This document shows, in pieces, positions 61,997 to 64,000 of a stretch of DNA of 64,000 nt (its first letter is position 1; the number at the start of each line of letters is the position of its first letter). Source of the DNA: Antedon mediterranea (Eukaryota > Animalia > Echinodermata); NCBI RefSeq assembly GCF_964355755.1, contig NC_092675.1, positions 2,847,812-2,911,811 on the forward strand. The letters are read 5' to 3'. Under the pieces are notes generated by a model, which searched no databases, was not told the DNA's origin, and was given only the letters and a program-made list of their open reading frames with translations. The position numbers were made by a program, and so were the translations under genes.

Positions 61997-64000
61997 TCAC
62001 CTTGATACAACACTACAACTTGAAGTTGTACTTGTTCTTTGTGCTTCCTCAGTTATTTGACTTTCAGGAACAAACCTAAACAATGGCGCCGTCTCTAAAA
62101 TGACCCTGGCTGCATCCTCCCGTACAAGATCCCTAAGATGTTCAATCAGTTTTCCGATAGTGTTTTCTGGATCTGCACCCCATTCCATCAAGGTTCTAAC
62201 CGTAGGACTGTCAGATTCATCTTTACTGAACGGCCTGTTGGTAGTATCCAGGTCTGGAATCTTTTCTACCAAGCCAATAGTTACTGCTAAAAGACACCAG
62301 TCTTTCCCCATTGGATCTGGAGGATCTAATAACATACTTAACTGTCTGAGTGTGTATGGATGTAACTGGGACACATGCAAATGTGGACCAGGCACAATGT
62401 TTGCATCGACTTCAGTGCTTCCAAAAAAAAGTAAATCCAAGAACTCTTCATTTGTGTCGGTAACCTCATTATACATGCTGATCTGATGCTCTTGAAGAGT
62501 CTTGTAGATCTTTTTGCCTTCATAAACCATAAGACATCTGTGATGCTCTTTTAATTGGGCAGCACTGATGATGTCGCGGTTTAACAGTAACCCTGGGTAT
62601 AGCTCTGCAAACACCTGTTCAACCAGGTGTACTAAGTCTTCCATGAAGACAAAGCAGCCCTGTTGGGCATCTTCTAGCCCTCTAACAACAATCTCTACAC
62701 TCTGTCCTTCATTGGTTAGTGACAATAACGCTTCCATTGAAGCAGTCGAACACTTGGCACCATGACGCCATAAAATAAGCTCAGTCTCTGGATCATCAAC
62801 GTCTTGGTGGAAGTTCCTTCTTAAGGCCACCTGAATTTCTGCAAATGCTCCTATAGGTAGAACACACCCACTATCTGAGAGCTGGAGTCGTGTTCCTCCA
62901 TAAACCATACAACTGTCGCCCTGCTTCTCCCAGATTAATGGCGGACGTTTGGTGTACAAGAGCGATGGGAACTCACAGACAGCTCCATGAACACATATAT
63001 CCATTGCTTCGAGCAATTGTATAATGTCCGTAACTTCAGCTTGAGGGAACATTGACTGCATGTAATGAACACTGTATAAACCATATGGCTGGTCAGAGAA
63101 CTCGAAAGATAGAAGTTGACCTAACACAATTGAGGTCATCCATCTTGGTTCAATCAACATAAGATCATGCAGCAAATCATTCTTAAAGTGATGTACCTAA
63201 AAAAAATACAAAAAGGTTTAAGTGGAAGTTTTTGACAAACTGTTCTTATATATGGATCTGCCAAAAATTATTTAAACTTACCAACCGTACAAGAAATGTT
63301 ATTTAACATTAATGCTTAGATGGACTTTCTTCTGATATGAAGGCAACCGAAGCCGCGACATTTTAAACAAGAATTATTTTCGACGAATGTTCATGCGATA
63401 CTTAATACAAGCAAAATATGCAAATCAGCTGCCTTTGAAATAGCTTCGAGTACAGTAAATGTTCCGAAGTGAATATCGATAATATTTTTTAGCTGAAAAG
63501 TGCATTTACTGGTACACGGAACACATATTTTGAAAGCACACCCTGTCATTTCTTGTTTACTAACACTAGCACATTTACTCATGAGACTTTTCAAGAGCAG
63601 GAAGTTGAAGTAACTTAATACAAAGAGTGTCCTCACTACCCAGTGCATACTATAAGTTCAAAGTTCATCTTCCATTACTATTCTTTTACTGTAGTTTACT
63701 GCAGTAACAACATTGCTTACTCTTAAATTGTTTATGCAGTTATTTAGCAAGACTATGGGGATAATCACACACACTGTTTTATGGCAGTGACTGCCTCCTA
63801 AACAGCAAACTAAAACAAGTTTGCAGCAAAGAAATGTATGGCATGGTCCCTTACCTCACCCATAGATTTCAGCTGCTGGATAACTTCTTTAAGTTGATGA
63901 TCATTGGCTAACGGATTGACATCCGAGTGAATTGCATCTATTAATTGTTGAGTTGACATTACAGGGAAGTCAGCATAGGACTTTCTCCAATTATTCAAAG
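61997..64000 (-). CDS. DAPK1: Death-associated protein kinase 1-like, 3' end (COR domain plus death domain); the gene continues beyond the window
   Basis: Last exon 61997-63196 (VHHFKNDLLHDLMLIEPRW..LLDPPDPMGKDWCLLAVTIGL..SSCSVVSR*); preceding exon 63855 to beyond 64000 (..QQLKSMGE). The death-domain motif and Ser-rich SVVSR terminus are characteristic of DAPK1. Confidence 0.93.

Noticed and set aside
62100-62765. Plus-strand ORFs overlapping DAPK1
   Set aside because: Antisense shadows of the real coding exon.

Overview
AT-rich, intron-containing animal genomic DNA. It is probably an invertebrate deuterostome (echinoderm-like); this is inferred from a DeuSINE-type SINE, the gene content and the composition, and is not proven. 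All host genes lie on the minus strand. From left to right: a 2.3-kb satellite built from two alternating hairpin modules; a complete 14-exon SLC5 Na+/myo-inositol-type cotransporter (about 662 aa); a complete 11-exon UTP15 (about 522 aa); NR2E3/PNR (P-box CNGCSG, 8-9 coding exons); an 18-kb tandem cluster of seven immunoglobulin-superfamily loci without coding introns; and the 3' end of DAPK1. The Ig cluster (signal peptide, V-type domain, two C-type domains) is the most striking element. It holds three predicted secreted members, two membrane members whose tails carry copy-number-variable ITAM/ITSM-type tyrosine modules, one membrane member disrupted by a CR1/L2-group LINE, and one fragment. 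Sequence variation is concentrated in the V domain, which suggests a paired/decoy immune-receptor family under birth-and-death evolution. The window also holds many MITEs (PIF/Harbinger, Kolobok-like, Helentron-like), SINEs, and two Penelope-type inverted elements with degenerate minimal hammerhead cores. Exon boundaries were read by hand; no database searches were run.
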